A stretch of 64,000 bases of DNA, taken from assembly GCA_937958695.1 (NCBI GenBank), contig CALGNK010000027.1, positions 44-64,043 on the forward strand, written 5' to 3'. Below are positions 20,620 through 30,827 of the stretch, one piece after another (within the stretch, counting starts at the first letter, position 1; every line of letters starts with the position of its first letter). Position numbers and translations under genes: made by a program. This stretch comes from an uncultured bacterium. Lineage in GTDB: Bacteria; DUMJ01. The notes below the pieces were generated by a model. That model had not been told where the DNA came from, did no database searches, and was given only the letters and a program-made list of their open reading frames with translations.

Positions 20620-21595
20620 TACCTTTTGAATCCACTATTACAACACCTATACCTAATTCCTCGGCTAAGTACAAACCTTCCTTGGGACCCAATACAAATA
20701 TAGCTGTAGACAGAGCATCCGCCTCAACTGCACTTTTACTTACAACGGTAACACTTTTACAGAATTTTGAAGGATACCCAGTTTTAGGATCCAATAGATG
20801 ATGATATTTAACCCCATCCTTCATAAAATAACGTTCATAATCACCAGAAGTGGCAACTGCCAAACCAGACTCCAGATAGAGAACTCCAAGGATATCCTTA
20901 TTTCCAGTAGGATCTTTTATACCTATCCTCCATACCCTCTTAGGATCCTTCTCCACTGTTTTTATCGTTCCACCTGCGTTTATAATAGCTCTCTTTACAC
21001 CTTTATTCTTTAAAAACTCATAGACCTTGTCTACAGCATAACCTTTTGCTATCCCTCCAAGGTCTAAGAACATTCCTTTCTTGACTAGTTCTACTTTTGA
21101 ATCATATATCTTTATATCTTTGTAATTTACTAACTTTAACTTATCTTTTATTTCCCTATCATCAGGAACCCTATAATTACCATCTGTAAAGCCCCACTCT
21201 CTAGTTAAAGCACCTATAGTTATATCAAATGCCCCTTTAGTAAGCTCTGATATTCTTATCGACTCTTTTAATAACTCTAATGTGTCTTCTGAAATCTTTA
21301 CAGGGTTTATACCTGCAGAAATATTAATCTTAGCTATATCACTTGAGCTAATATTTACATCAAACTTATTCTGCAGAGATTGCATTATCTCTATCCCTTC
21401 ATTTGCTATCAAATCCTTTTTACAAGTATCCTCTATCTCTATAGTTACTAATGTATCCATCAAAAAGGCTGTTACCTTGGTAATTTTAGGGAATAGTTCC
21501 GTATACCTCCAATATAAAACTAAAACTATTAGTACTCCTACTATTACAATAAAAAAGCTTTTTATACGACGAGGTGCATAACATGGACTGGACAC
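20567..21595 (-). CDS. apbE: FAD:protein FMN transferase ApbE/Ftp (lipoprotein-like)
   Basis: 342 aa, N-terminal membrane anchor. ...VTIEIED..., ...DLGGIAKGYAVD... and ...YHHLLDPKTG... are typical ApbE segments. Confidence 0.8.
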   Translation of the reverse strand: MSSPCYAPRRIKSFFIVIVGVLIVLVLYWRYTELFPKITKVTAFLMDTLVTIEIEDTCKKDLIANEGIEIMQSLQNKFDVNISSSDIAKINISAGINPVKISEDTLELLKESIRISELTKGAFDITIGALTREWGFTDGNYRVPDDREIKDKLKLVNYKDIKIYDSKVELVKKGMFLDLGGIAKGYAVDKVYEFLKNKGVKRAIINAGGTIKTVEKDPKRVWRIGIKDPTGNKDILGVLYLESGLAVATSGDYERYFMKDGVKYHHLLDPKTGYPSKFCKSVTVVSKSAVEADALSTAIFVLGPKEGLYLAEELGIGVVIVDSKGNVFVSDNLKDRFRLYGK

Positions 21596-22356
21596 TTTTC
21601 AACACAGGCTCCACAGGCTATACACTTCTCCTGGTCTATCACAGGCCAATTGTTCTCCATCTTTATTGCCCCAACAGGACAAACCCTTGCACACATCCCA
21701 CACTTTATACATCCTGCACTACATACCTTTCTAGTATCTCTCCCAGATAGCTCTCTAGCATTGCAGGCTACTATGACCTTGGTATTTTTTGGTACTAGGG
21801 CAAAGAGATGTCTAGGACAGACCTGAACACAGATACCGCAGGTCTTACATTTGAGATAATCTATCTTCGGAAGTCCATCCTCTCCCATACTTAGGGCAGA
21901 GAACGGACAACTTTTAACACAGGTTCCTCCTCCAAGACAACCATAAGGGCATGAGATATCACCACCCCATAAGATAGAACGTATATTACAGTCCTCTATA
22001 CCCATATAGTCAAATTTTCTAATAGCTTTATCCCTTGTCCCAGAACAGAATAATACTAGCTTTGTTTCCTGAAGAGAAGGGGCTTCCAAGCCAAGAATAG
22101 AAGCTATCTCTCTTGCGGTGCTTTCTCCTCCTACCGGACAACTATTTACAGGTGCATCCCCTCTGTATATTGCCTCTGCTAATCCATCGCATCCAGGATA
22201 TCCACATGCACCACAGTTAGTCCCAGGGAGAGCCTCTCTAATTCTCTTTTGTAACTCTGAAGTTTCAACATAGAAGACCTTGTGAGCTAAAGAGAGTAAA
22301 GTTCCAACCCCTGCACCAATTACTCCTAATATTAAAGTAGGCACCAGTATGTTCAT
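21562..22356 (-). CDS. RnfB-like membrane-anchored polyferredoxin (orphan, no other rnf genes nearby)
   Basis: N-terminal TM, CGACGYPGC, then three CxxCxxCxxxCP motifs (CKTCGICVQVCP, CIKCGMCARVCP, CIACGACVEKCP). Confidence 0.7.
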   Translation of the reverse strand: MNILVPTLILGVIGAGVGTLLSLAHKVFYVETSELQKRIREALPGTNCGACGYPGCDGLAEAIYRGDAPVNSCPVGGESTAREIASILGLEAPSLQETKLVLFCSGTRDKAIRKFDYMGIEDCNIRSILWGGDISCPYGCLGGGTCVKSCPFSALSMGEDGLPKIDYLKCKTCGICVQVCPRHLFALVPKNTKVIVACNARELSGRDTRKVCSAGCIKCGMCARVCPVGAIKMENNWPVIDQEKCIACGACVEKCPVHVMHLVV

Positions 22357-22359
22357 AGA

Positions 22360-24114
22360 TTATTCCTCCTTTTTCACCAAGATGCCAAGCTCGTCTAGTT
22401 GTCTATCTTCTACATCCGAAGGAGCCTCTGTCAAAGGACAAAAGGCACTCTGTGTCTTTGGAAATGCAAGAATCTCTCTTATACTCTCTTCACCTGCCAT
22501 AATAGCAATTATCCTATCTAACCCTAGAGCTATACCACCGTGAGGTGGCGCTCCATAAGAAAGAGCCTCTAATAAGAAACCAAACTTTTTATAAGAGGTA
22601 GCTTCATCTAACCCTAGAATAGAGAATATCTTCTTTTGCATCTCCGGTTCACTATTTCTTATGCTACCACTTCCAAGCTCTACACCATTTAGAACTAGGT
22701 CATACGCATTTGCCCTTACCTTTAGAGGATCGACGTCTAAAAGGTTAATATCTTCTCTCTTAGGGGAGGTGAATGGATGATGTTCAGCCTCTATCCTGTT
22801 TTCTTCCTTATTAAATGAAAATAGTGGAAAATCTACTATCCAGACAAAGGCATACTGGACATTTGGTTGAAAGAATCTCTTATTTACTTCCAGTCTAAAT
22901 CTTCCCATCGTCTCCCTTGCAACCTTAGGTTCATCAGCTATAAATAGTAGCAAGTCTCCATCTGTAGCGCCTGTAAGCTTCTTTAATTCCTCTATAATGC
23001 CATCACTTAATAGTTTAACAAATGGTCCTCTAAGTTCCTCTTGAAGACTAAGCCAAGCCAGACCCTTTGCACCAAGAGCCTTAGCAGACTCAGTTAATTC
23101 ATCTATAACCTTTCTTGTTATATCTTGTCCCTTTGGTATCTTTAGGGCTATCACTTCTTTGCCCTGGAAAGGAGGAAATGGGATAAGATTTGCTACGCTA
23201 GACACATCATAGAGAATTGTATCATATCTAAGATCAGGTTTATCTGTCCCATACTTAATATAAGCCTCTTGATATGACATCCTGGGAAATGGTAAAGAAA
23301 GTTCTACATTCAAAACCTCTTTAAACATTGAATACATAAGGCCTTCTACTATACTAAAAATATCTTCCTCATCTATAAACGAAGCTTCTATATCTATCTG
23401 AGTAAACTCTGGCTGTCTATCAGCTCTGAGGTCTTCATCCCTAAAACATCTGGCTATCTGGAAATATCTATCTATACCTGCCACCATAAGCATCTGTTTA
23501 AAGAGTTGAGGTGATTGAGGTAGGGCATAGAACTTTCCCTTATGAATCCTACTAGGAACTAGGTAATCCCTAGCTCCTTCAGGAGTACTCCTAGTAAGTA
23601 TAGGCGTCTCTACCTCCCAAAAACCGTTATTAGAAAGATACCTTCTAACTGTCTGCGTAGCTTTATGTCTTAACTCTATATTTTTCTGGAGCCTTGGTCT
23701 TCTTAGGTCTAAGAATCTATATTTCAACCTGATATATTCATCAACCTTCTCTTCTTCATTGACATTGAAAGGTAAGGTCTTAGATTTAGAGAAGACCTTT
23801 ATTTTATCTACTAAGACCTCAATCTCTCCAGTAGAGATCTTTGGATTCTCAGAACCAGTAGGTCTTCTAACTATCTGACCCCTTACTCCTATAACCCATT
23901 CATTCTTTAACTCTTGGGCTATATCGAAGGCATCTTTACTATGTACCGGATCAAAAACAAGCTGTATAATACCAGTTCTATCCCTTAGGTCTATAAATAT
24001 TAACCCTCCGTGGTCTCTACGTCTATGAACCCACCCATTTAAAGCTACCTCTTTTCCAATATCCTTTACTCCGAAATTTCCACAGTAATCTGTCCTTTTA
24101 AACTCTTTCTCCAA
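22360..24114 (-). CDS. aspS: Aspartate-tRNA ligase
   Basis: QSPQLFKQ signature, class II motifs, GLDR. 584 aa. Confidence 0.9.
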   Translation of the reverse strand: MEKEFKRTDYCGNFGVKDIGKEVALNGWVHRRRDHGGLIFIDLRDRTGIIQLVFDPVHSKDAFDIAQELKNEWVIGVRGQIVRRPTGSENPKISTGEIEVLVDKIKVFSKSKTLPFNVNEEEKVDEYIRLKYRFLDLRRPRLQKNIELRHKATQTVRRYLSNNGFWEVETPILTRSTPEGARDYLVPSRIHKGKFYALPQSPQLFKQMLMVAGIDRYFQIARCFRDEDLRADRQPEFTQIDIEASFIDEEDIFSIVEGLMYSMFKEVLNVELSLPFPRMSYQEAYIKYGTDKPDLRYDTILYDVSSVANLIPFPPFQGKEVIALKIPKGQDITRKVIDELTESAKALGAKGLAWLSLQEELRGPFVKLLSDGIIEELKKLTGATDGDLLLFIADEPKVARETMGRFRLEVNKRFFQPNVQYAFVWIVDFPLFSFNKEENRIEAEHHPFTSPKREDINLLDVDPLKVRANAYDLVLNGVELGSGSIRNSEPEMQKKIFSILGLDEATSYKKFGFLLEALSYGAPPHGGIALGLDRIIAIMAGEESIREILAFPKTQSAFCPLTEAPSDVEDRQLDELGILVKKEE

Positions 24115-25357
24115 TTATAGATACCTCCAATTTATCCAAACCTATCTCTTCCTGTTCTCCTGTAGTCATATCTTTAAGAATAACTTTATCATTGGCTAAA
24201 AGATCTTCTCTCATTATTATAGACTTCTTAGCCTTACTTCTATCCGCCTCTTTAAGCTGAGATTTCAAATTTTTAGCTGTATAGCTTATTTCCACTATAA
24301 AACCTTGATCTCTTAAGAGTTTACTAAGCATTATAGCCTTAGTAACTAGAATAACATCGTAGATAATAAAATAATCTGGAACATCTTCTTCCTCAATCAG
24401 GAGTCCTCTATCCCGAAGGATATTTACAAGTCTCTCCATACCAATTGCAAAACCTATCCCTGGTAAATCAGGACCTCCTAAATCTTTTATAAGCCCATCA
24501 TATCTTCCTCCTCCCCCAATAGATAGATCAAGTCCAGATACAGTTACCTCAAATGTTGTTTTCGTATAATAATCCAAACCTCTAACTAATCTAGTGTCCA
24601 GAATATATCTAACATCAAGAGAGTCTAAAACAGATCTTACATTTTCAAAATGTACTCTACAGTCATTACATAGATAGTCTAATATAGAAGGGGCTTTTAC
24701 AACTACTCTCTTACATCCTTCAACCTTGCAGTCAAGTATCCTAAGAGGATTATTTTCTAGTCTAACTTTGCAATCCTCACATAATTCATCTAAATATGGG
24801 GTAAAAAACTCTCTTAGGGCTTTAGAATATTCCGATCTACATTTAGGACATCCTACACTATTTAGTAGCAGGATGGTATCATTTAACCCTAGCTCCTTAA
24901 AGAATTCAAGTAAAAGTATTATTACTTCTACATCTAAAATGTATGATGACTCTCCTAAAGCCTCTATACCTATTTGATGGAACTCTCTCTGTCTACCAGC
25001 TTGAGGTCTGTCATATCTAAACATGTCTCCTATATAGTAGAATTTAGCAACCTTTCCAGGCACATAAAGGTTATTCTCCAGAAATGCTCTTACAACAGGA
25101 GCAGTACCTTCTGGTCTTAGAGCTACAAGCCTATCTCCTCTATCCTTAAAGACATACATCTCTTTTCTAACTATGTCGCTCTCTTCCCCAACAGTTCTGA
25201 CAAACATCTCTGCAGGTTCTATTATAGGAGTCTCTATCTCCTTATAGTTATACCTTCTAAACAGTTCTCTAGCTTTATCTTCTATTCTTCTCCAACTTTT
25301 AACTTCTTCAGGGAGTATATCCCTAACTCCTCTAAGCGATGTATATTTTGGCTTCAT
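24098..25357 (-). CDS. hisS: Histidine-tRNA ligase
   Basis: Class II aaRS motifs, GGGRYDGL. 419 aa. Confidence 0.9.
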   Translation of the reverse strand: MKPKYTSLRGVRDILPEEVKSWRRIEDKARELFRRYNYKEIETPIIEPAEMFVRTVGEESDIVRKEMYVFKDRGDRLVALRPEGTAPVVRAFLENNLYVPGKVAKFYYIGDMFRYDRPQAGRQREFHQIGIEALGESSYILDVEVIILLLEFFKELGLNDTILLLNSVGCPKCRSEYSKALREFFTPYLDELCEDCKVRLENNPLRILDCKVEGCKRVVVKAPSILDYLCNDCRVHFENVRSVLDSLDVRYILDTRLVRGLDYYTKTTFEVTVSGLDLSIGGGGRYDGLIKDLGGPDLPGIGFAIGMERLVNILRDRGLLIEEEDVPDYFIIYDVILVTKAIMLSKLLRDQGFIVEISYTAKNLKSQLKEADRSKAKKSIIMREDLLANDKVILKDMTTGEQEEIGLDKLEVSIIGERV

Positions 25358-25395
25358 AAAACTACAATATCCTCCATAAATAATCTACTGAGATA

Positions 25396-25809
25396 TTATA
25401 ACACATTCCTAGGATTGCTAGGTGGATAGAGAGTTTGACCTGAAGTACTATCTTCAACCTCTACTCCTCTTGGAACAGCTAAAAAAACATAATCTCCAAC
25501 TTTCTGTAAATTCCCTTCCAAGGCATATACTGCACCGCTTACAAAATCTAAAGCCCTTACTGCTTCACTTCTATCAGCAGATTCAAAATTAACCACTACT
25601 ATCTTACCTGCCTTAACTTCATCTATAACCCTTCTAACTTCATCATAGTTATTCAGTCCATATATAAATACAGTAACCGTTTCTCGCTCCTTAGAAGATA
25701 TAGAAAATATACCTTTACGGATCTTTTTATCTGACTCTAAATCAAGGAAATCTTCTTCTTCGTCTATAATTCCAAACATCCTCTTAAAAAAATTTCCTAT
25801 TCTAGACAT
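25396..25809 (-). CDS. sepF: Cell division protein SepF
   Basis: 137 aa. ...VFIYGLNNYDEVRRVIDEVKAGKIVVVNFESAD... is the SepF core. Confidence 0.8.
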   Translation of the reverse strand: MSRIGNFFKRMFGIIDEEEDFLDLESDKKIRKGIFSISSKERETVTVFIYGLNNYDEVRRVIDEVKAGKIVVVNFESADRSEAVRALDFVSGAVYALEGNLQKVGDYVFLAVPRGVEVEDSTSGQTLYPPSNPRNVL

Positions 25810-25847
25810 ATTCCCCTCCTATCAAAGAGATAAAACCTTAATAAAAG

Positions 25848-25856
25848 ATTATAGCA
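25848..25856 (-). promoter_or_regulatory. Putative extended -10 (TGcTATAAT on the minus strand) upstream of sepF-hisS-aspS
   Basis: The reverse complement of 25848-25856 reads TGCTATAAT. It is followed by SD TAGGAGGG and the sepF ATG. Confidence 0.3.
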
Positions 25857-25868
25857 CTACTAATATTT

Positions 25869-27041
25869 TTAATCTACAAACAAAAGCTCACCTTTATTTA
25901 TATTATCTATAACTACCTCCTTCTCATTCCCTCCCAAGATATCAACGAATCTTTTCTCTATAGAGTTACTGTTAACTACATAGACAAAGTATCTATCCCC
26001 TTCTTGTTTTATCAGACTTTTAGGCACTACTAAACCCTCTATAGTTCCGACATTTATATTTAATGAAACATACTTTGGTCCTATATAGTAAGAACTCTTT
26101 ATCTTACATAACCACAGCTCCTTAGGATACTTACTTATCCATTTGATAAATTCGATACTTACACCTTTTCCATCTAAATTTAACTTATAATTATTATGCT
26201 CAATAGGGGATTTACCATCAAGGGATACTTCAAGAAGGATGAATTGTTCCAAGTTATCGATAACCTTAGCAATAACTTCTCCCTTTCTAACAGAATCACC
26301 ATCATTTATAACTTTAGATTCCTTTAGAAGGGAATCTACATTTATATTATCTCCAACTCCTTTTTCTATTATAGTACTTCTTACATCCTCCCTGCTATCT
26401 ATGCTAAAAGAAACTAACCCCGAAGTATCAGATATTACTTTGATATTAGAGGATATTGCATTCTGCCTCAAACTGGCCAGTTTACTTAACTTTTCTTCTT
26501 TTAATACCTTTAGCTCCTTTGTTAAATTTGTTATTTCACCCTTTAAAGAATTAATTCTGCTATTTAACTCACCAATTCTAATCAAAACTTCAGCAATGTC
26601 CTGTTTATTTGCAACTAGACTGTTTAGGAGTTTACTCTCTTTATTTAAATCATTATAAATCTCTTCTATCTTTTTTTTCTTATCTGTTATTACATTATTC
26701 TTTTCCTTTATAATGTCATCATAGTAAGATATTACACTATCAACCTCTCTGGTATAATTTTTATAATCCTCAGTAGTTGGAAAGATAATAGCTATAGTAT
26801 CCCCTTTTGCTATCCTTGTAGAATTATCCTTCACCCTCATTATTATCCCGCTTACTGGACTTTCTATAACCCTTTCTCTATAGAGCACCACCCCCTTAGC
26901 ACTAACAATCCTTTGAATAGTCTGAGAGGAAGGAGAAAATGTCTCTAGGGTATACTCCCATACATTAGGTTGAACAAAGCATATATAAGCAATTATACCG
27001 ATAAAGATTCTAGTCAATGTAGTCTTAAATATTCCTTTCAT
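25869..27041 (-). CDS. HlyD-family membrane-fusion-like protein (TM anchor, long coiled coil, lipoyl-like and beta-barrel domains), no cognate transporter adjacent
   Basis: N-terminal TM. SPVSGIIMRVKDNSTRIAKGDTIAIIF (lipoyl-like). About 120-aa K/E-rich coiled coil. C-terminal ...RYFVYVV...VIDNINKGELLFVD, typical of HlyD adaptors. Confidence 0.55.
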   Translation of the reverse strand: MKGIFKTTLTRIFIGIIAYICFVQPNVWEYTLETFSPSSQTIQRIVSAKGVVLYRERVIESPVSGIIMRVKDNSTRIAKGDTIAIIFPTTEDYKNYTREVDSVISYYDDIIKEKNNVITDKKKKIEEIYNDLNKESKLLNSLVANKQDIAEVLIRIGELNSRINSLKGEITNLTKELKVLKEEKLSKLASLRQNAISSNIKVISDTSGLVSFSIDSREDVRSTIIEKGVGDNINVDSLLKESKVINDGDSVRKGEVIAKVIDNLEQFILLEVSLDGKSPIEHNNYKLNLDGKGVSIEFIKWISKYPKELWLCKIKSSYYIGPKYVSLNINVGTIEGLVVPKSLIKQEGDRYFVYVVNSNSIEKRFVDILGGNEKEVVIDNINKGELLFVD

Positions 27042-28417
27042 ATCTCGATAAACTCTATTGGCCTAAATGGAGTAAACGCACTCCTTAACAAAGTTTTTAA
27101 ATCCCTATCTATAATTAATGGTAATAAACTTCTACCTCCTTTAGAGAGTGCCATTTCCAAAAGAGATTCCCTAATACTGGCAATAGTAACCTTAATCCTC
27201 TCTCCTCTAAGTATATCTATAACCTGCCTCTTCTGTTCTTCTAACTCTTTTCTAGTAATAGAATTGTATGAGGCAAGTGGGGTAAAAGGTTTTGGAATAA
27301 GGGGTTGAAAATTAAAAGACACATTTGTCTTATAATACTTTAAGAGTTTATCAATTTTTTCTTTAAAATTCTTTAATGAGCTAATCTCTAAGTCGTAGTC
27401 TCCATAACCGAATATCATATAAAACTTTATATTCTTAAATCCAAGTTTAAAGGATGTTTCAAGTACATCTAATAACTTTTCATTACTCTCCCTTTTACCA
27501 ATAGAAAATCTTATATCCTCGTTTATAAATTCTGGGGCTAAGGTTATAGAAGTTTCTCCTGCCAATCTTAAGAGCTCAAGAAACTCTTCGTCCAAGGTTG
27601 ATATTCTTAGGGATGCAACGCTTACCTTCATTCCTTCTTCTATCAACCATCTAAGTAGGTCTTTTATATAAGGAACACCACCTACTAGTGGACCCATAAG
27701 TCCAACCTTTGAATAGATATCCCTATAGCAAGATATAAGTCTCTTTACAACCTCTATAGATTTTATCCTGCAGGGAAGGTATATATTTCCTGCAACACAA
27801 AACTTACAACCCATCGGACAACCTCTCTCTATCTCTATGAGGAACATATCACCAAAAACCGTATCTACAGATCTTACACAACTGTAAGCGGTTTCTCTAT
27901 CAAAATCTTTAAAGACCCTTCTCTTTATCTTCCTAGGCAAACCTTCAACTATGGGTTTTCCGTCAGAGTAGAATCTTGGTATATAAATACCTTCTATGTT
28001 GGCAAAAGATAATAAGAGTTCTTCCCTTGACTTTACCGAGTCTTTAACTTCTATATACCTATTAAGGATCTCTATTATAGCATCTTCTCCTTCTCCTATA
28101 AGAATAAGATCAAAGACATCTGCCAATGGTTCAGGATTATATGTTAGACAGATACCTCCTCCTACTACTAGTGGACAGGAAAGCTCTCTCTCTTTAGCTA
28201 GTATAGGAATAGAAGACCTTTTAAGGATTTCTATTACGTTAAAATAATCTAATTCGTAAGAGAGAGAAACGCCTAAGACATCATATTCATCTATATTCTT
28301 AAGGGATTCTATAGAGACAGGAGGAAGGTCTCCTTGGGGAAGAAATATCCTATGACAGGAGAAATATGGATTTTCATTAATAAGCCTATATAGTAGGTGT
28401 AGGGCAAGACTTGACAT
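27038..28417 (-). CDS. B12-binding-domain radical SAM protein, shorter paralog of the 10972-12684 gene
   Basis: CPMGCKFC cluster motif. Blockwise similarity to the rodA-linked paralog (DVLGVSLSYELDYFNVIEIL / DILAFSISYELNYSNILTIL; SLRISTLDEEF / SLRIDTLSREF). Confidence 0.75.
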   Translation of the reverse strand: MSSLALHLLYRLINENPYFSCHRIFLPQGDLPPVSIESLKNIDEYDVLGVSLSYELDYFNVIEILKRSSIPILAKERELSCPLVVGGGICLTYNPEPLADVFDLILIGEGEDAIIEILNRYIEVKDSVKSREELLLSFANIEGIYIPRFYSDGKPIVEGLPRKIKRRVFKDFDRETAYSCVRSVDTVFGDMFLIEIERGCPMGCKFCVAGNIYLPCRIKSIEVVKRLISCYRDIYSKVGLMGPLVGGVPYIKDLLRWLIEEGMKVSVASLRISTLDEEFLELLRLAGETSITLAPEFINEDIRFSIGKRESNEKLLDVLETSFKLGFKNIKFYMIFGYGDYDLEISSLKNFKEKIDKLLKYYKTNVSFNFQPLIPKPFTPLASYNSITRKELEEQKRQVIDILRGERIKVTIASIRESLLEMALSKGGRSLLPLIIDRDLKTLLRSAFTPFRPIEFIEI

Positions 28418-28563
28418 CCCTACACTGTAAGAATTAGGGTATACTAAACCAAAAGAATACTCCTTTACCTTAGGTTTTAAACCTACCTCTTTCTCCCTTA
28501 TCTTCTCTATATAACTTCTATACTTCCAGTTAATAGACGTAGTAGATATCTACCTCTCTATGC

Positions 28564-29592
28564 TCACTTCCTTAAGAATGGAGGTATGTCTAAGGCATCT
28601 AAAGAAACTTTAGATAACTCAATTCCCTCTTTCTTTAATGTCCTTCTAACCTTAGAGTCAAAACCTGTAGCTATTACTGTCACCTTTATCTTTCCTTCCA
28701 TCTTTTCATCTATGACTGCTCCAAACTTTATGTTAGCATCGCTATCTGCTACTTTAGATATTACCTCTGCCGCTTCATAAACCTCTGTTAGAGTAAGGTC
28801 TGGACCACCCGTAACATTGAATAGTATCCCTTTAGCTCCATCAATCTTATCTTCAAGGAGAGGATTTGATATAGCCTTAGAAGCAGCTTCCGTTGCCCTC
28901 TGCTCTCCAGAAGCTTCTCCTATTCCCATTATAGCAGACCCTGAATTTTCCATAATAGTCCTTACATCTGCAAAGTCTGGATTTATGATACCTGGAGTTA
29001 CAATAATGTCTACTATACCTTGAACACCTGCCTTAAGAACCTCATCAGCCATTTTAAAGGCTTCTATCATAGTAGTAGTTTTGGTACTTATAGAAAGAAG
29101 CTTATCATTAGGAATCACAATAAGTGCATCTACTTTACCTTTCAGCTCTTCTATGGCTTTCTCCGCAACTAACATCCTCCGCCTTCCTTCAAAAGAGAAT
29201 GGTTTAGTAACTATGGCTACAGTAAGAATCTTAGCCTCTTTCGAAAGTTGTGCAATAATCGGAGAAGCTCCACTTCCAGTTCCTCCACCCATACCTGCAG
29301 TAATAAATACCATATTAGCTCCTTCTATAGCTAGCATTATATCCTCTTTGCTTTCCTCTGCAGCCTGTCTTCCAATCTCAGGGTCAGCACCAGCTCCTAA
29401 TCCTTTCGTAAGTTCTGCACCTATCTGTATCTTTCTCTCCGCCTTAGAACGGCTCAGAACTTGTAAATCTGTATTTACTGCTATAAACTCTACCCCCTTA
29501 AGACCGGACTCTATTATCCTATCTACCGCATTTACTCCCCCACCACCAACACCTATGACCTTTATAGTTGCAGGGCTATTCGTATCACTCAT
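28564..29592 (-). CDS. ftsZ: Cell division GTPase FtsZ
   Basis: GGGTGSG tubulin signature, and N-terminal [14 protein letters not shown]. Confidence 0.9.
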   Translation of the reverse strand: MSDTNSPATIKVIGVGGGGVNAVDRIIESGLKGVEFIAVNTDLQVLSRSKAERKIQIGAELTKGLGAGADPEIGRQAAEESKEDIMLAIEGANMVFITAGMGGGTGSGASPIIAQLSKEAKILTVAIVTKPFSFEGRRRMLVAEKAIEELKGKVDALIVIPNDKLLSISTKTTTMIEAFKMADEVLKAGVQGIVDIIVTPGIINPDFADVRTIMENSGSAIMGIGEASGEQRATEAASKAISNPLLEDKIDGAKGILFNVTGGPDLTLTEVYEAAEVISKVADSDANIKFGAVIDEKMEGKIKVTVIATGFDSKVRRTLKKEGIELSKVSLDALDIPPFLRK

Positions 29593-29594
29593 TA

Positions 29595-30827
29595 TTATCC
29601 TCCTTCCTCGTTAAAACCTAAAAACCACTCTTTAACCTTATGTAAAATATAACCAAAAAGATTCCTCTTGATTAAGCCACCTTCCTGTTTTCTGTTAAGA
29701 AACTCCAAATCCAACATACCTAGAGCAGTTCCGTATATAGGATTTCTAAGAGTCTCCCATATATCTTCTGCTACCTTAGGATGACCTATTCTTACTGGCC
29801 CATCAAAAAACCTTTCAGCTACTATATTAATATCTCTAAGGAGAGACGAACCACCAGTAATAACCACTCCGCTAGGTATAAGATAGTCAAGCTTTAAGTT
29901 ATAAAGATTTGCACTTACTATATTAAATATATCCTCTACCCTAGCATTTATTATTTCAAAAATGGTCTCTTTGGGGAATTCTCTATCTATCCCTTTACAC
30001 TTTACTATAATACTCTCTTCTCTAATTGGCTTTAAAAGGTCACAACCACCATACTCAACCTTTATAAACTCTGCAGTATCAAATGGTATTTTAAGGAGTA
30101 TTGAAAGGTCGTTAGTAATATGATTCCCCCCAACCGGAACTACAAAGCTAAAATACAACTTTCCGTCTCTAAATATAGCAACATCAGTAGTCCCACCACC
30201 AATGTCTATAAGGCAAACCCCTTCTTTCATCTCCTCAGGAGTAAGAACAGCTTTACCTGAGGCATACGGTTGTAAGATTACATTTCTAACCTTCAAACCG
30301 ACATTCTCGGTAGCAGTTATCAGATTCTGTATATGAGAAATGTTTCCTATAATTAGGGTAACATTAGCGCCTAATCTTTTACCCTTCATCCCAACCGGAT
30401 TTTCTACTTCCCTTATCCCATCAACGGTAAAGTTTCTAGGTATAGAATGTAGAATCATCTTATCCGGTGGTAACCTACAGTTAATTGCACTCTCTATAGC
30501 TTTATTGACATCAGCATCAGTTATTATCCCATCTTTACTAGCTATCTCTATCTCTCCTCTATTTATAATGGTAAATATATGATGACCAGTTACACTTATA
30601 CTTACCTCTTTTAATTTAGCCTTACACATCTTCTCCGCATTAATTACTGCATTATTTATAGATCTAGATAACTTATTTATATCTGTTACGGCACCCTTCT
30701 TCATCCCAAAAGAAGAAGCCATTCCATAACCCACAATCTGATAACTAGCAGCATCTGCCTGTGCAACTAATACACAACTCTTTGTAGTTCCTATATCTAA
30801 AACAGAAATAAGCCTCTCTCTACTCAA
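29595..30827 (-). CDS. ftsA: Cell division protein FtsA
   Basis: Actin-fold motifs DIGTTKS and DIGGGTTD. 410 aa, directly upstream of ftsZ. Confidence 0.9.
   Translation of the reverse strand: MSRERLISVLDIGTTKSCVLVAQADAASYQIVGYGMASSFGMKKGAVTDINKLSRSINNAVINAEKMCKAKLKEVSISVTGHHIFTIINRGEIEIASKDGIITDADVNKAIESAINCRLPPDKMILHSIPRNFTVDGIREVENPVGMKGKRLGANVTLIIGNISHIQNLITATENVGLKVRNVILQPYASGKAVLTPEEMKEGVCLIDIGGGTTDVAIFRDGKLYFSFVVPVGGNHITNDLSILLKIPFDTAEFIKVEYGGCDLLKPIREESIIVKCKGIDREFPKETIFEIINARVEDIFNIVSANLYNLKLDYLIPSGVVITGGSSLLRDINIVAERFFDGPVRIGHPKVAEDIWETLRNPIYGTALGMLDLEFLNRKQEGGLIKRNLFGYILHKVKEWFLGFNEEGG

Noticed and set aside
28418-28563. Intrinsic terminator after ftsZ.
   Set aside because: Only a weak 5-6 bp palindrome (AGGTTTaAAACCT) without a U-tract. 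It more likely permits read-through into the radical SAM gene.
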